Origin: Oscillospiraceae bacterium
GTDB lineage: Bacteria; Bacillota; Clostridia; UMGS1810
NCBI GenBank assembly: GCA_015069015.1
Contig: SVJK01000003.1
Span: 6,452 to 70,451, forward strand
Direction of reading: 5' to 3'
DNA length: 64,000 nt
In this document: in pieces, positions 28,842 through 38,443 of the stretch
Numbering within the stretch: position 1 is the first letter of the stretch
Layout: every line of letters begins with the position of its first letter
Translations under genes and position numbers: made by a program
Notes under the pieces: generated by a model
The model's database searches: none
Seen by the model: the letters and a program-made list of their open reading frames with translations, nothing else
What the model was told of the DNA's origin: nothing

Positions 28842-30638
28842 ATGGAATTAGCAAGAGGTCACGTGCTTGTCTGCGGAGGTACAGGATGTACATCTTCAGG
28901 CAGTGCGAAGATTATAGACGAATTTGAAAGATGTCTTAAAGACAATGGTCTTGATAATGAAATCAAGGTTGTACAGACCGGATGTTTCGGTCTTTGTGCA
29001 TTAGGTCCCATAGTAATTGTTTATCCTGAAGGTGCATTCTATAGCATGGTTAAGCCTGAGGATGTATCAGAGATTGTTGAAGAACACCTTCTCAAAGGTC
29101 GTATCGTTAAAAGACTTCTCTATCAGGAAACAGTTGTTGATGATGACACAATCAAATCTCTTAATGAGGTTGATTTCTACAAAAAGCAACAGCGTGTTGC
29201 TCTCAAAAACTGTGGTGTTATAAACCCTGAAAGTATTGATGAATATATTGCCTTTGGCGGCTATACTGCTCTTGGTAAGGTTCTCACGCAGATGAAGCCT
29301 CAGGAAGTAATTGATGAAATCAAAGCTTCCGGTCTTCGCGGTCGTGGTGGTGCAGGCTTCCCCACAGGTCTTAAATGGCAGTTTACAGCAAATGCTGTAG
29401 GTGACAAGAAATATGTTGCTTGTAATGCCGATGAGGGTGATCCGGGTGCATTTATGGATAGATCTATCCTTGAAGGCGATCCCCACGCACTCATCGAAGC
29501 AATGGCAATTGCAGCATATGCAGTAGGTGCAGACCAGGGTTATGTATATATCAGAGCAGAATACCCCATAGCAGTAAGCAGACTCAATATTGCTATAGAA
29601 CAGGCAAAAGAATACGGTCTCCTCGGCGAAAATATTTTTGACACAGATTTTAGCTTTGATTTAGGAATCCGTCTCGGTGCCGGTGCATTTGTATGTGGTG
29701 AAGAAACTGCTCTTATGACATCAATCGAAGGCCACAGAGGTGAGCCCCGTCCAAGACCTCCTTTCCCTGCGGTAAAAGGACTTTTTGGAAAACCCACACT
29801 CCTTAATAACGTTGAAACATATGCTAATATCACAGCAATTATCAACAACGGTGCAGAATGGTTTTCAAAGATTGGAACAGAAAAGAGTAAGGGCACAAAG
29901 GTATTCGCAGTAGGTGGTAAAATCAATAATACCGGTCTTGTTGAAATTCCTATGGGTACAACCCTCCGTGAAGTTGTATATGATATCGGTGGTGGTATCC
30001 CCGGTGGCAAGAAATTTAAAGCTGCACAGACCGGTGGTCCTTCCGGCGGATGTATTCCGGCAGACCTTATTGATACTCCGATTGACTACGATTCACTCAT
30101 TTCAATTGGCTCAATGATGGGTTCCGGTGGTCTCATTGTAATGGATGAAGACACCTGTATGGTTGACATCGCTAAATTCTTCCTCGAATTTACAGTTGAT
30201 GAATCCTGTGGTAAATGTGCTCCTTGCCGTATTGGTACAAAGAGACTTCTCGAAATTCTCAACAAAATTACAAGCGGTAATGGTACTTTAGAAGATATTG
30301 ATAAACTTGAAGAACTTTGCTACAGCATTAAAGATGCGGCGTTCTGCGGTCTTGGTCAAACAGCACCTAACCCCATACTCAGTACACTCAAATACTTCAG
30401 AGATGAATATGTGGCACACGTTGTTGACAAAAAATGTCCTGCAGGTGTATGTAAAGCACTTCTTTCATATGTTATCGAGCCCGAAAAATGTAAAGGTTGT
30501 AGCCTTTGTGCTAAAAAATGTCCCGTTGGTGCAATTGAAGGCGTTGTTAAGAGTCCCTTCACAATTGATCCTGCTAAATGTATCAAATGTGGCGTTTGTC
30601 AGGAAACCTGTAAGTTCGGCGCAATAAGTAAAAAATAA
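28842..30638 (+). CDS. hydB: NuoF-like NAD(P)H/FMN subunit of bifurcating-type [FeFe]-hydrogenase
   Basis: N-terminal 2Fe-2S domain (VCGGTGC..GCFGLCALGP), GLRGRGGAGFPTG FMN/NADH site, ESCGKCAPCR N3 cluster motif, and a C-terminal 2x[4Fe-4S] ferredoxin domain. Confidence 0.95.
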   Translation: MELARGHVLVCGGTGCTSSGSAKIIDEFERCLKDNGLDNEIKVVQTGCFGLCALGPIVIVYPEGAFYSMVKPEDVSEIVEEHLLKGRIVKRLLYQETVVDDDTIKSLNEVDFYKKQQRVALKNCGVINPESIDEYIAFGGYTALGKVLTQMKPQEVIDEIKASGLRGRGGAGFPTGLKWQFTANAVGDKKYVACNADEGDPGAFMDRSILEGDPHALIEAMAIAAYAVGADQGYVYIRAEYPIAVSRLNIAIEQAKEYGLLGENIFDTDFSFDLGIRLGAGAFVCGEETALMTSIEGHRGEPRPRPPFPAVKGLFGKPTLLNNVETYANITAIINNGAEWFSKIGTEKSKGTKVFAVGGKINNTGLVEIPMGTTLREVVYDIGGGIPGGKKFKAAQTGGPSGGCIPADLIDTPIDYDSLISIGSMMGSGGLIVMDEDTCMVDIAKFFLEFTVDESCGKCAPCRIGTKRLLEILNKITSGNGTLEDIDKLEELCYSIKDAAFCGLGQTAPNPILSTLKYFRDEYVAHVVDKKCPAGVCKALLSYVIEPEKCKGCSLCAKKCPVGAIEGVVKSPFTIDPAKCIKCGVCQETCKFGAISKK

Positions 30639-30656
30639 GAAGGAGAGTAATTGACA

Positions 30657-32393
30657 ATGAATATGGTTAATATTAAAATCAATGATAAAGACTACAGTGT
30701 TCCCGCTTCTTATACAATACTTGACGCTGCCAGAGAAGCAGGAATTAAGATTCCCACACTTTGCTATCTTAAAGATATCAACGAAATCGGTGCCTGCAGA
30801 ATGTGTCTTGTTGAAATCAAAGGCGCAAGAGCACTTCAGGCAGCATGTGTATATCCCGTAAGCGAAGGCCTTGAGATCTATACAAACACACCTAAAGTAA
30901 GAGGTGCAAGAAGAGATACTTTAGAACTCATTCTTTCAAACCACGAAAAGAAATGTCTCACATGTATCAGAAGCAAAAACTGTGAACTTCAGGATCTTGC
31001 TGAAGAACTCGGTGTTGATGGTCTCAGATTTGAAGGCGAAAACATTCCCTATGAACTTGACAACACATCAACTTCACTTGTAAGAGACAACAACAAATGC
31101 GTACTTTGCAGAAGATGTATTTCAGCATGTGCAAAACAGGCAATTTCAGTTATTACCTGTGCAGAAAGAGGTTTTGCAACTCATGTTACACCCACATATG
31201 AAAAAGAGATTAAAGATGTAGGTTGTATTTTCTGCGGTCAGTGTATCGTTTCTTGTCCTGTTGGTGCACTTTATGAAAGAAATGATATTCCTAAGGTTAT
31301 AAAAGCAATTGATAATCCTGAAAAACATGTTGTTGTTCAGACTGCACCTGCAGTAAGAGCAGCCCTTGGTGAAGAATTCGGTCTTCCCATTGGCACACCT
31401 GTTACAGGAAAGATGGTTGCAGCGCTGAGAAGACTTGGTTTCGATAAAGTATTTGACACAGATACCGGTGCAGACCTTACAATAATGGAAGAAGGTACAG
31501 AATTTATTGAAAGATTCACAAAAGGTGAAAATCTTCCTATTATCACTTCTTGTTCACCAGGTTGGGTTAAATTCTGTGAACACTACTATCCTGAATTTAT
31601 AGGTAATCTTTCTACCTGTAAATCACCTATGGAAATGTTTGGCGCAATTATTAAATCATATTATGCTGAAAAGAATGGTATCAAGAAAGATGATATCTAT
31701 TCAGTAGCAATTATGCCCTGTACTTCAAAGAAATTTGAAGCAAGCAGGGAAGAACATTCCACAAGTGGCGGACTTGACATTGACTGCTCACTCACAACAA
31801 GAGAACTTGCAAGAATGATAAAACAGGCAGGTATTGACTTTGCATCACTTCCTGATGAAGAGTTTGATTCACCATTTGGCGAGGCAACAGGTGCGGGCGT
31901 AATCTTTGGTACAACCGGTGGTGTAATGGAAGCTGCAATAAGAACTGTTTATGAAATTCTTGAAAAGAAACCTCTTGAAAACCTCAATGTAGAACCTGTT
32001 CGCGGACTTGAAGGTGTAAAAGAAGCAACACTTACAATTGCAGGTAAAGAAGTTAAAGTAGCTGTAGTTCACGGTACTGCAAATGCAAGAATCATTCTTG
32101 ATAAAATCAAGAACGGTGAACACTACGACTTCGTAGAAATCATGGCTTGCCCCGGTGGATGTATCAATGGTGGCGGACAGCCTATAGTAGATTCTTACAC
32201 CAAGGCAACTGTAGATGTTAAAGCAAAGAGAGCATCTGCACTTTATTCAGAAGATGAAAGAGCAACTCTCAGAAAATCTCACGAGAATCCTGTGATTCAG
32301 AATCTCTACAAAGAATTTCTCGGTGAGCCTTGCGGTCACAAATCACACGAACTTCTTCATACACATTATGTTGACAGATCTGATAAAAAATAA
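30657..32393 (+). CDS. hydA: [FeFe]-hydrogenase catalytic subunit (M3 architecture)
   Basis: N-terminal plant-type 2Fe-2S domain, a His-ligated cluster region and 2x[4Fe-4S]. H-cluster motifs TSCSPGW, MPCTSKKFE and EIMACPGGCINGGGQP. ATG 30657; the ORF-track TTG is 30651. Confidence 0.95.
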   Translation: MNMVNIKINDKDYSVPASYTILDAAREAGIKIPTLCYLKDINEIGACRMCLVEIKGARALQAACVYPVSEGLEIYTNTPKVRGARRDTLELILSNHEKKCLTCIRSKNCELQDLAEELGVDGLRFEGENIPYELDNTSTSLVRDNNKCVLCRRCISACAKQAISVITCAERGFATHVTPTYEKEIKDVGCIFCGQCIVSCPVGALYERNDIPKVIKAIDNPEKHVVVQTAPAVRAALGEEFGLPIGTPVTGKMVAALRRLGFDKVFDTDTGADLTIMEEGTEFIERFTKGENLPIITSCSPGWVKFCEHYYPEFIGNLSTCKSPMEMFGAIIKSYYAEKNGIKKDDIYSVAIMPCTSKKFEASREEHSTSGGLDIDCSLTTRELARMIKQAGIDFASLPDEEFDSPFGEATGAGVIFGTTGGVMEAAIRTVYEILEKKPLENLNVEPVRGLEGVKEATLTIAGKEVKVAVVHGTANARIILDKIKNGEHYDFVEIMACPGGCINGGGQPIVDSYTKATVDVKAKRASALYSEDERATLRKSHENPVIQNLYKEFLGEPCGHKSHELLHTHYVDRSDKK

Positions 32394-32435
32394 TATAATA
32401 TAGATGTATCTTGTTGATACATCTGATGCGGTAAT

Positions 32436-32534
32436 AATCCCCTCAGAATAGCTGTTGGAAAATGTCCGACAGCCGGGGGTTGAAAGTTTATAAATTTTCA
32501 ACCCTTGTCTGTGGGGATTTTCGTTTGTTTTAAA
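32436..32534 (+). terminator. Branched three-way-junction stem-loop followed by a U-run; candidate hyd operon terminator and/or leader element of the thrE-family genes
   Basis: P1 aatcccc-t-caga (32436-32447) pairs with tctg-t-ggggatt (32508-32519). P2 is 32451-32458 / 32466-32473. P3 is 32475-32485 / 32496-32506. The structure is followed by ttttcgtttgtttt. A separate 9-bp hairpin lies at 32402-32424. Confidence 0.5.
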
Positions 32535-32550
32535 ATGTGGAGGAAATGTA

Positions 32551-33315
32551 ATGAACGATAAAGCGTTATACTACAACAACATACTTAAAATCCTAATGGC
32601 TTTTGGTAAACTTATGATTCAAAGCGGTGCTGAAATTAATCGTGTCGAAGATACCGTTAACCGAATAGGAATGTCGTATGACATATCAAAAATCAGTGTC
32701 TTTGCAATTACTACAAGCCTTGTGATAACAATTGTTGACACAGACGGAAATACATATACTCACTCGAAACGCATTGTATCAGTAGCAACGACTAATTTCA
32801 CAAAACTTGAACTTCTCAATAGTCTCAGCAGACAAAAATGCACAGGCGAAATTGATGAAATTGAATTTGAGAGACGTTTTTGGGAAATAAAGAATAAATC
32901 AACTAAAAAAATTAAAATTTATGCAGGCAGCATGATTTCCGCAGGCGCTTTTACGTTTTTTTTCGGTGGGAATATATATGATGCTTTTGTAGCTGTCTTA
33001 TTTTCAATGTTGATATTTTTAATTGATGATAAATTTAAAAGGTACTGTCCAAATATTATGATGTTTAACTTTATAACGGCTTTTATAGTTGGTATAGGTA
33101 TATCCCTTGTATCAAAATTTTATGGATTAAATGCAGATAAAATTGTAATAGGCGACATAATGTTGCTCATTCCCGGAGTAGCTTTTACAAATTCAATGCG
33201 AAATCTTCTTGTTGGTGATACCCTTGCAGGAGTTATGCGACTTGTTGAAACAGTTTTGTGGGCGGCATCACTTGCCGTTGGTTTTGTGATTTCTATGATG
33301 CTTGTGGGGGTGTAA
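32551..33315 (+). CDS. Threonine/serine exporter family protein (ThrE / YjjP-like part)
   Basis: 254 aa. GAEINRVEDTVNRIG motif followed by 5 TM helices. Confidence 0.8.
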   Translation: MNDKALYYNNILKILMAFGKLMIQSGAEINRVEDTVNRIGMSYDISKISVFAITTSLVITIVDTDGNTYTHSKRIVSVATTNFTKLELLNSLSRQKCTGEIDEIEFERRFWEIKNKSTKKIKIYAGSMISAGAFTFFFGGNIYDAFVAVLFSMLIFLIDDKFKRYCPNIMMFNFITAFIVGIGISLVSKFYGLNADKIVIGDIMLLIPGVAFTNSMRNLLVGDTLAGVMRLVETVLWAASLAVGFVISMMLVGV

Positions 33316-33318
33316 TAA

Positions 33319-33771
33319 ATGTCTAACGATATAATTCAGTTAATTGCTGCTTTTTTTGGTGCTATGGGATTTGCAATGGTATTTAATGTACGACACTCAC
33401 TTGTGATTTATGGAGCGCTTGGTGGTCTTTTAAGTTGGGGACTCTTTCTTTTTATGGAAGATATTTTTGCCAATCCATTTATTGCCTGCCTCATATCTTC
33501 TTCATTTTCTGCGTTTTATGCAGAAATCATGGCTCGAATTAAAAAAACGCCTGCAAGTGTGTTTTTTATTCCTTCTCTCATTCCCCATGTTCCCGGAGGA
33601 TCACTTTTTTATTGTATGAGTGCTGCTGTTAAATCAGAATGGCTCTCTTTTAAGGATTATGGTATAATTACCTTGCAGTATGCATTTGGTATAGCCTGCG
33701 GAATTAGTTTTGCCTGGACAATATGGTATATGTTCCAAAAGATAGTTTCTGACTTTTCAAAAAAAGCATAA
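33319..33771 (+). CDS. Threonine/serine exporter family protein (YjjB-like part)
   Basis: 150 aa with 4-5 TM helices, immediately downstream of the YjjP-like gene as in the two-gene ThrE arrangement. Confidence 0.7.
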   Translation: MSNDIIQLIAAFFGAMGFAMVFNVRHSLVIYGALGGLLSWGLFLFMEDIFANPFIACLISSSFSAFYAEIMARIKKTPASVFFIPSLIPHVPGGSLFYCMSAAVKSEWLSFKDYGIITLQYAFGIACGISFAWTIWYMFQKIVSDFSKKA

Positions 33772-33783
33772 GAGGATGATTGT

Positions 33784-34212
33784 ATGATAAAACGAGTAGT
33801 ATATACTGCCCTGACGGTTTTGTGGATGATTTTTATATTCTATATGTCATCGCAGAGTGCAGAAGTGTCCGGTGGACAGAGTGATGCAATTACCCGTAAA
33901 ATAATAGGTGTATTTATTGATAATCCTTCTGTAGACCTTGTTAGCATAGTTGAAACAATAATAAGAAAATTAAGCCACTTTTTAGAATATGCATTACTTT
34001 CATTTCTAAGTTTTAAGACGTTTGTTTCGTATGGAATAAGTAGAAAAAGAGCATTTGTTTCGGTGATTATAGCAATTTTATATGCAATATCAGACGAAAT
34101 TCATCAGTACTTTGTTCCGGGTAGAGCCTGTAGATTTTTCGATATATTTGTTGACTCATTAGGCTCATTTGCAGGGTGGTATATCAATAAATTATTTTCA
34201 AGAAAAAATTAA
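33784..34212 (+). CDS. VanZ-family membrane protein
   Basis: 142 aa. KLSHFLEYALLSF and DEIHQYFVPGR..F.D...D..G motifs. Confidence 0.75.
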   Translation: MIKRVVYTALTVLWMIFIFYMSSQSAEVSGGQSDAITRKIIGVFIDNPSVDLVSIVETIIRKLSHFLEYALLSFLSFKTFVSYGISRKRAFVSVIIAILYAISDEIHQYFVPGRACRFFDIFVDSLGSFAGWYINKLFSRKN

Positions 34213-34288
34213 CATTATGGTTTAAAGTATAAAATAATTTAATTCTCTAATAATTAATATAGTATTTATTTTGAATTGGAGAATTATT

Positions 34289-35539
34289 ATGTCTAAAATT
34301 GTAATAAATTCCTCAAATCCTTTAAATGGAAAAGTTGAGATATCAGGTGCAAAGAATTCTGCATTGCCAATTATTGCAGCTTGTCTTTTGACAAATGGTA
34401 GAAATATACTTGAAAACATTCCTGACATAAGTGATATAAGGGTAATGTGCGAGATTATGCAGAGCCTTGGCTGCGATGTAAAAAAGGAAGGAGATAGTCT
34501 AATAATCGATTCTGCAAATTCAAAGCCAAATATAGTGCCATACGAATTGACAGGGAAGATAAGAGCTTCGTTTCTTGTTTCCGGTCCGCTTATTGCAAGA
34601 TTTGGCAAAGCAAAAACTGCATTGCCTGGTGGTTGTAGTATAGGTACACGACCTGTTGATCTTCACTTGAAAGGATTTGTATCTTTGGGATGTCACTATG
34701 AAATTGATGATGGTTATGTTGATATTTCCGGAAACAAACTTACAGGGAAAGTGATATATCTGGATTTTCCTTCTGTTGGCGCAACGCAGAATATTATGAT
34801 GGCATCTGTTCTTGCATCTGGAAAAACAGTAATAGAAAACTGTGCATCCGAACCGGAAATATGTGATTTAGCTGATTTCTTGAACAAATGCGGGGCAGAT
34901 ATTAATGGTGCCGGAACAGACAAAATAACAATATATGGTGTTGATAAACTGTCGCCGGTAAGACACAGGATTATTCCTGATAGAATCGAAGCAGGAACAT
35001 TTATGACTGCAGCTGTTGCAACAGGTGGCAGGATTACACTTAAAAATGTTAATTTAACACACCTATCATCAGTTACATCAAAATTGAGCGAGATTGGAGC
35101 TTCTTTTAATGAGTTTTCTGATGAATTAACAATCTATTGTGACAGAACAACCAAATCGACAGATATTAAAACCATGCCGTTCCCCGGGTTCCCGACAGAT
35201 ATGCAATCACAAATTGCCGCTTTGCTTTGCAATGTCAAGGGAACATCAGTTATTACTGAAACGGTTTTTGAAAACAGATTTATGTATATTCCTGAACTCA
35301 TAAGAATGAATGCCGACATAAAGGTTGATGGGCGTGTTGCTGTAATAAACGGAAACTCAAAGCTTGTCGGGGCAGAGGTCAGTGCAACAGATTTGAGGGC
35401 AGGAGCTGCACTTGTTATCGCGGGTCTTTGTGCAAAAGGCAGGACAATAATTAACAATGCTGAATATTTAAAGAGAGGTTATTGTTCATTCACAAAAAAA
35501 CTGACAGATTTATGTGCTGATATTTATATAGAAGAATAA
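34289..35539 (+). CDS. murA: UDP-N-acetylglucosamine 1-carboxyvinyltransferase
   Basis: GKVEISGAKNSALPI, the active-site loop LPGGCSIGTRPVDLHL, and a C-terminal LRAGAALVIAGL. ATG 34289 follows a GGAG RBS; the ORF-track TTG is 34271. Confidence 0.95.
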   Translation: MSKIVINSSNPLNGKVEISGAKNSALPIIAACLLTNGRNILENIPDISDIRVMCEIMQSLGCDVKKEGDSLIIDSANSKPNIVPYELTGKIRASFLVSGPLIARFGKAKTALPGGCSIGTRPVDLHLKGFVSLGCHYEIDDGYVDISGNKLTGKVIYLDFPSVGATQNIMMASVLASGKTVIENCASEPEICDLADFLNKCGADINGAGTDKITIYGVDKLSPVRHRIIPDRIEAGTFMTAAVATGGRITLKNVNLTHLSSVTSKLSEIGASFNEFSDELTIYCDRTTKSTDIKTMPFPGFPTDMQSQIAALLCNVKGTSVITETVFENRFMYIPELIRMNADIKVDGRVAVINGNSKLVGAEVSATDLRAGAALVIAGLCAKGRTIINNAEYLKRGYCSFTKKLTDLCADIYIEE

Positions 35540-35574
35540 CATTTAGATCAACACTCATATATTATTAATGGTGT

Positions 35575-36231
35575 ATGTATATGAGGAAAAACAAATTCAT
35601 AAAAATAACCGTTATGGTGTTGATAATTTTATCACTTATCTTTACTGTTTTTACCAGGTGGTTGACTAAATCAGTTTTTCCAAGAGGTGCAGAGGTTCTT
35701 CATTCCTATGCTGAAACAAATATGTTTGAAATTTTAAATTCAACAGTTTCAGAAGTTGTCGAAAAATATTCAATTAAGTATGAAGACCTTGCAGAAATAA
35801 AATATGACAAATTTGGAGTTATAAGTTCAATAAATGTAGACTATAGCCTTGTAAATAGAATCAAATCGGAAATTTCAATGATAATTTCCGAAAAACTTTC
35901 AAATCAGGATGAAATTCCTGTATATGTTCCCATAGGGGATTTTTCTAAGAATATGTATCTTATCGGTAAAGGTCCAAGAATTAAATTTATTCTTGTTCAG
36001 CGTGGAGTTGTTAACACGGATCTCGTTCACAGTTTTCAAAGTGCTGGAATAAATCAAACCATGCATACAATAGAGGTTTCAATTGATGCAGATGTTGCAT
36101 TGATGATACCCTTTTACAATACACACACCTATATGAAAACAACAGCAATCTTATCACAAACTATTATCAACGGGCAGTGTCCTGACGGATATCTTAATTT
36201 ATACAAAGGAGAAATGATGAGTGACAGATAA
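35575..36231 (+). CDS. yunB: Sporulation protein YunB
   Basis: About 215 aa with one N-terminal TM helix. PIGDFSKNMYLIGKGPRIKF and FQSAGINQTMHTIEV resemble YunB. Alternative start ATG 35581. Confidence 0.6.
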   Translation: MYMRKNKFIKITVMVLIILSLIFTVFTRWLTKSVFPRGAEVLHSYAETNMFEILNSTVSEVVEKYSIKYEDLAEIKYDKFGVISSINVDYSLVNRIKSEISMIISEKLSNQDEIPVYVPIGDFSKNMYLIGKGPRIKFILVQRGVVNTDLVHSFQSAGINQTMHTIEVSIDADVALMIPFYNTHTYMKTTAILSQTIINGQCPDGYLNLYKGEMMSDR

Positions 36232-36874
36232 TATTAATTATAATCATATTGTTGAATACCTTACAAAAACACTTCCGGATACAACCGGATATCTCAAACA
36301 AATGGAAGAATATGCCCAAGAAAACAATGTACCGATTATTCAAAAAGAAGTACGGTGTTTTCTTGGAATGCTAATGAAATATAAGGCACCCGAAAATGTT
36401 CTGGAACTTGGAACGGCAATAGGGTATTCGTCACTCTTTTTTTCTGATTATATTCTCCCCGGAAGCAGGATTACTACTTTTGAACGTGATGAGAATTATT
36501 ATGAAATTGCCAAAGAGAATATCAAAAAAGCAGGTAAAGAAAAAGTTATAGATATAGTTTTCGGAGATGCATATGAGAATGTGAAAAAAGTAAGCGGAAC
36601 ATATGATATGATTTTTATGGATGCAAATAAGTCCATGTATAAATACTATTATGACACTTTGTTTCCTCATTTGAGAGTTGGGGGAATAATAGTGTGCGAT
36701 AATATTTTGTATAAAGGTATGATATCAAATGATGACCTTGCTCCGAGAAAACAAAATACGATAATAACGAATATCAGAGATTTTCTTGATTTTCTTTCAC
36801 ACAATCCAAAACTTGAAACATCAATCATACCAATTGGAGACGGTGTTTCTGTATCTGTTAAATTGACTGAATAG
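36221..36874 (+). CDS. Class I SAM-dependent O-methyltransferase, YrrM/TrmR-like
   Basis: 217 aa, colinear with B. subtilis YrrM as remembered (LELGTAIGYS, IFMDANK, IIPIGDG). Followed by a U32 peptidase gene, as in yrrMNO. Confidence 0.75.
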   Translation: MTDNINYNHIVEYLTKTLPDTTGYLKQMEEYAQENNVPIIQKEVRCFLGMLMKYKAPENVLELGTAIGYSSLFFSDYILPGSRITTFERDENYYEIAKENIKKAGKEKVIDIVFGDAYENVKKVSGTYDMIFMDANKSMYKYYYDTLFPHLRVGGIIVCDNILYKGMISNDDLAPRKQNTIITNIRDFLDFLSHNPKLETSIIPIGDGVSVSVKLTE

Positions 36875-36886
36875 GAGTTGAAACAT

Positions 36887-38119
36887 ATGAAGAATAAAGT
36901 TGAACTGCTTGCACCTGCGGGAAGTCTTCAGAAACTTAAATATGCCATAGAATACGGTGCGGATGCAGTATATATTGGTGGAGAGGCATTTTCTTTGAGA
37001 GTGGCTGCAAAAAACTTTTCTATTGATGAAATAAAAGAGGGAATTGAATTTGCTCACAAAAGAGGAAAAAAAGTGTATATTACTGCAAACATAATTCCTC
37101 ATAACGAAGATTTAAAAGAATTCCCTGACTTTGTAAAAGAAGTTGATTCTCTTGGTGCAGATGCAATCATCGTTTCTGACCTTGGTGCTTTTGCCATAGT
37201 AAAAGAGATTGCCCCAAATCTTGAAATACATATCAGCACACAGGCGAATAACACTAATTATATGAGTGCGAAAATGTGGCATGAACTTGGTGCAAAGAGA
37301 GTTGTATTGGCAAGGGATCTTTCATTTGAAGAAATAAGGGAAATCAGAGATAACATTAGTGAAGATGAAGAACTTGAGTGTTTTGTACACGGTGCAATGT
37401 GCGTATCCTATAGCGGAAGATGTTTGCTGAGTAATTACCTTACTCACAGAGATGCCAACAAAGGTGCCTGTTCACATCCCTGCAGATGGAAATATTATCT
37501 GATGGAAGAAAAACGTCCCGGTGAATATATGCCGGTTTTTGAAAATGACAGAGGAACTTTTCTTTATAATTCAAAAGATTTGTGCATGGTAAAATATATT
37601 CCCGACCTTATTAATGCAGGAATAACAAGTTTTAAAATTGAGGGCAGAGTAAAAAATGAACTCTATGTCGCAACAGTTGTGGGCGCTTATAGAAGAGCAA
37701 TAGATGCATATTATGACGATCCTGAAAACTTTAAAGTGGATGATGAAATTTTAGAGGAACTTGAAAAGGTGAGTCACAGGGAATATACAACAGGTTTTTA
37801 TTATGGAAAGCCCGATGAAAATAATCAGTTATATACAAGTAACACTTATATACAGGATTATACTATTGTGGGTGTGGTAACAGACTACGATGAAAAAACA
37901 AAAATTGCCACAATAGAGCAGAGAAACAGGTTTTTTAAAGGTGAAGAACTTGAAGTGATTTCTCCAAATCTTCCTTCGTTTGCTTTTTCATCGGAGTATA
38001 TGAAAAATGAGTCCGATGAAGATATTGATGTGGCACCACATCCTCAGATGATAGTAAAACTCAAGATTGAAAATAAAGTCGTACCATATAGTATTATCAG
38101 AAAAAAAGTTTGCGAATGA
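36887..38119 (+). CDS. Peptidase U32 family protein (YrrO/TrhP-like)
   Basis: ELLAPAGS start and FVHGAMCVSYSGRCLLSNY motif. ATG 36887 lies 9 nt after AGGAG; the ORF-track TTG is 36878. Confidence 0.85.
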   Translation: MKNKVELLAPAGSLQKLKYAIEYGADAVYIGGEAFSLRVAAKNFSIDEIKEGIEFAHKRGKKVYITANIIPHNEDLKEFPDFVKEVDSLGADAIIVSDLGAFAIVKEIAPNLEIHISTQANNTNYMSAKMWHELGAKRVVLARDLSFEEIREIRDNISEDEELECFVHGAMCVSYSGRCLLSNYLTHRDANKGACSHPCRWKYYLMEEKRPGEYMPVFENDRGTFLYNSKDLCMVKYIPDLINAGITSFKIEGRVKNELYVATVVGAYRRAIDAYYDDPENFKVDDEILEELEKVSHREYTTGFYYGKPDENNQLYTSNTYIQDYTIVGVVTDYDEKTKIATIEQRNRFFKGEELEVISPNLPSFAFSSEYMKNESDEDIDVAPHPQMIVKLKIENKVVPYSIIRKKVCE

Positions 38120-38345
38120 TAATAATAGTATGAATAAAAGTTAGGATATTGTTTATAATATGATTGTAATCAGTCGGGAATTTTTAAAATTGTTTTGATA
38201 TGTCAAATTGACAGATGATATATTTTGAGATAAATATGTCAGGATTGAAATTGTAGTATTGTGTATAATCAAAACAAAAAAGTTGATCAAGATTGATTAC
38301 GGTCACAAACAGTTTTAAATTTTTTTAATCCTGAATGTGAAAATG

Positions 38346-38392
38346 AAAAAGACAGACTTCAAATGATTATATCATATGAAATCTGTCTTTTT
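38346..38392. terminator. Bidirectional terminator between convergent genes
   Basis: aaaaagacagacttcaaatgat / atcatatgaaatctgtcttttt: long imperfect stem (2 mismatches) flanked by an A-run and a T-run. Confidence 0.7.
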
Positions 38393-38443
38393 GCTATGTT
38401 AAAATATATTTTTTTAACATTTAGACATAGGATATTTTAATAT

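Noticed and set aside
32436-32519. Purine-riboswitch identity for the three-way junction (it contains AAUGUCCGAC, also present in the B. subtilis xpt G-box as I recall it)
   Set aside because: The shared string sits in a different helix (P2 loop and 3' arm here, P3 there). Junction strands are 1-3 nt instead of the conserved longer J1/2, J2/3 and J3/1. Loop sizes do not allow the L2-L3 kissing interaction.
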